Shown here in pieces: positions 63,000-64,000 of a DNA stretch of 64,000 nucleotides. Source of the DNA: Octopus vulgaris. Lineage: Eukaryota. A model generated the notes under the pieces. It had not been told where the DNA came from, did no database searches, and was given only the letters and a program-made list of their open reading frames with translations. The position numbers and the translations under genes are program-made. The stretch covers positions 95,046,001 through 95,110,000 of the forward strand of contig OX597814.1 of assembly GCA_951406725.2 (NCBI GenBank), read 5' to 3'. The first letter of the stretch is position 1. Each line of letters starts with the position of its first letter.

Positions 63000-64000
63000 A
63001 TAGGAAGTTCAATAAGTAATGTCCCTGACCCACTTGCAGTTGTTTGATCTAGCTGAAATTTTGCATGTGCAATTATTTATATCTCTATAGATTAAGTGGC
63101 AAATTATTGTGGTTTCTGATTTACAGGTTTTTAAACTGAGTCAAGTGTGAAATGGAGCCTGTTGAGTGTCGAGCAGTGATCCGGTTTTTGTATTTGAAAG
63201 GACGCACACCACGGGAGACTTTTGATGAAATCAAATTAACTTATGGTGATGAAGCCTCATCATATGACCTTGTAAAACGCTGGCGTCGTGAATTCAAACA
63301 TGGTCGGAACTCTGTGCAAACAGCCCCCAGATCTGGTCGCCCCCCTTCTGCCATTGATGAGGCATCTGTCCGTCAAGTTGAGGCTGCCATTTTGGACGAT
63401 TGACGCATAACTATTCGCCAAATAGCCCATGAGGTCAACATTAGTACTGGATCTGTGGAAACTATCATTCATGACCATTTGCATATGCAAAAGGTGTCTG
63501 CCAGATGGATTCCCAGGTTGCTCACACCTTTCCAGAAGCAAGAACGCGTCGAGTGCTCGAGGATGAATTTGGAGATGTGCCAAGAAGATGAGTCACAATT
63601 TTTCAAAAGACTGATTACACAGGATGAAACCTGGGTCCATCACTATGATCCAGAGACCAAAGCCCAGTCAATGCAGTGGAAGCACCGTGACTCACCTCCT
63701 CCAAAGAAGGCTAGGATGCAGCCCTCCGCTGGCAAGGTCATGTTCACAGTCTTCTGGGACCAGGACGGAGTAGTGATGACAGATTTCCTGGCAAAGGGTA
63801 CCACAATTACAGGAGCCTATTATGCTTCACTTTTGAGGAAATTAAGAGAAGCTATCAAAATCAAGAGGCGGGGCTAGATCAGCAAAGGCATCCTCCTCCT
63901 GCAGGACAACGCTCCGGTCCACAACTTGCGTGTGGCCAGATCAGAAGCACAGGCGTGCGGCTATGAACTCATCCCCCATCCCCCCCTACTCTCCTGACCT
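63000..64000 (+). mobile_element. mariner element (runs off window end)
   Basis: TIR-like gttcaataagtaatgtccctgac, 5' UTR and transposase. Confidence 0.85.
63152..64000 (+). pseudogene. mariner transposase with in-frame stops
   Basis: MEPVECRAVIRFL..RSGRP..SARWIPRLL..ITQDETWVHHYDPE..AGKVMFTVFWD..LLQDNAPVH..HPPYSPD; stops at 63401-63403 and 63875-63877. Confidence 0.92.

Overview
AT-rich, microsatellite-dense eukaryotic DNA. The SINE families and repeat texture point to an octopus (cephalopod) genome, which is an inference. No host protein-coding gene can be supported, and almost all long ORFs in the track are microsatellite artefacts. The window is mostly decayed transposons. There are three tRNA-derived SINE families (labelled A, B and C here) plus a fourth repeat, D. 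LINEs comprise a 5'-truncated Tx1/L1-clade element (8.4-12.4 kb), an R4/Dong-type RLE fragment and RTE fragments. Penelope-like elements (PLEs) include an RT relic, a 3.4-kb Neptune-type copy with an open GIY-YIG frame, and non-coding pseudo-LTR (pLTR) structures. DNA transposons comprise a DD36E Tc1, three mariner derivatives, Helitrons, and hAT, piggyBac-like and Merlin-like MITEs. The most interesting signal is RNA structure: three PLE-associated hammerhead-ribozyme architectures. One occurs in three diverged copies (30.3, 43.2 and 50.3 kb) and has all hammerhead core motifs and covarying helices, but in a non-canonical, pseudoknotted strand order. Other highlights are a SINE 3' tail shared with the Tx1-like LINE and a 3-kb nest of elements inside one SINE's internal (TA)n. 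All coordinates and alignments were read by eye, so boundaries are approximate.
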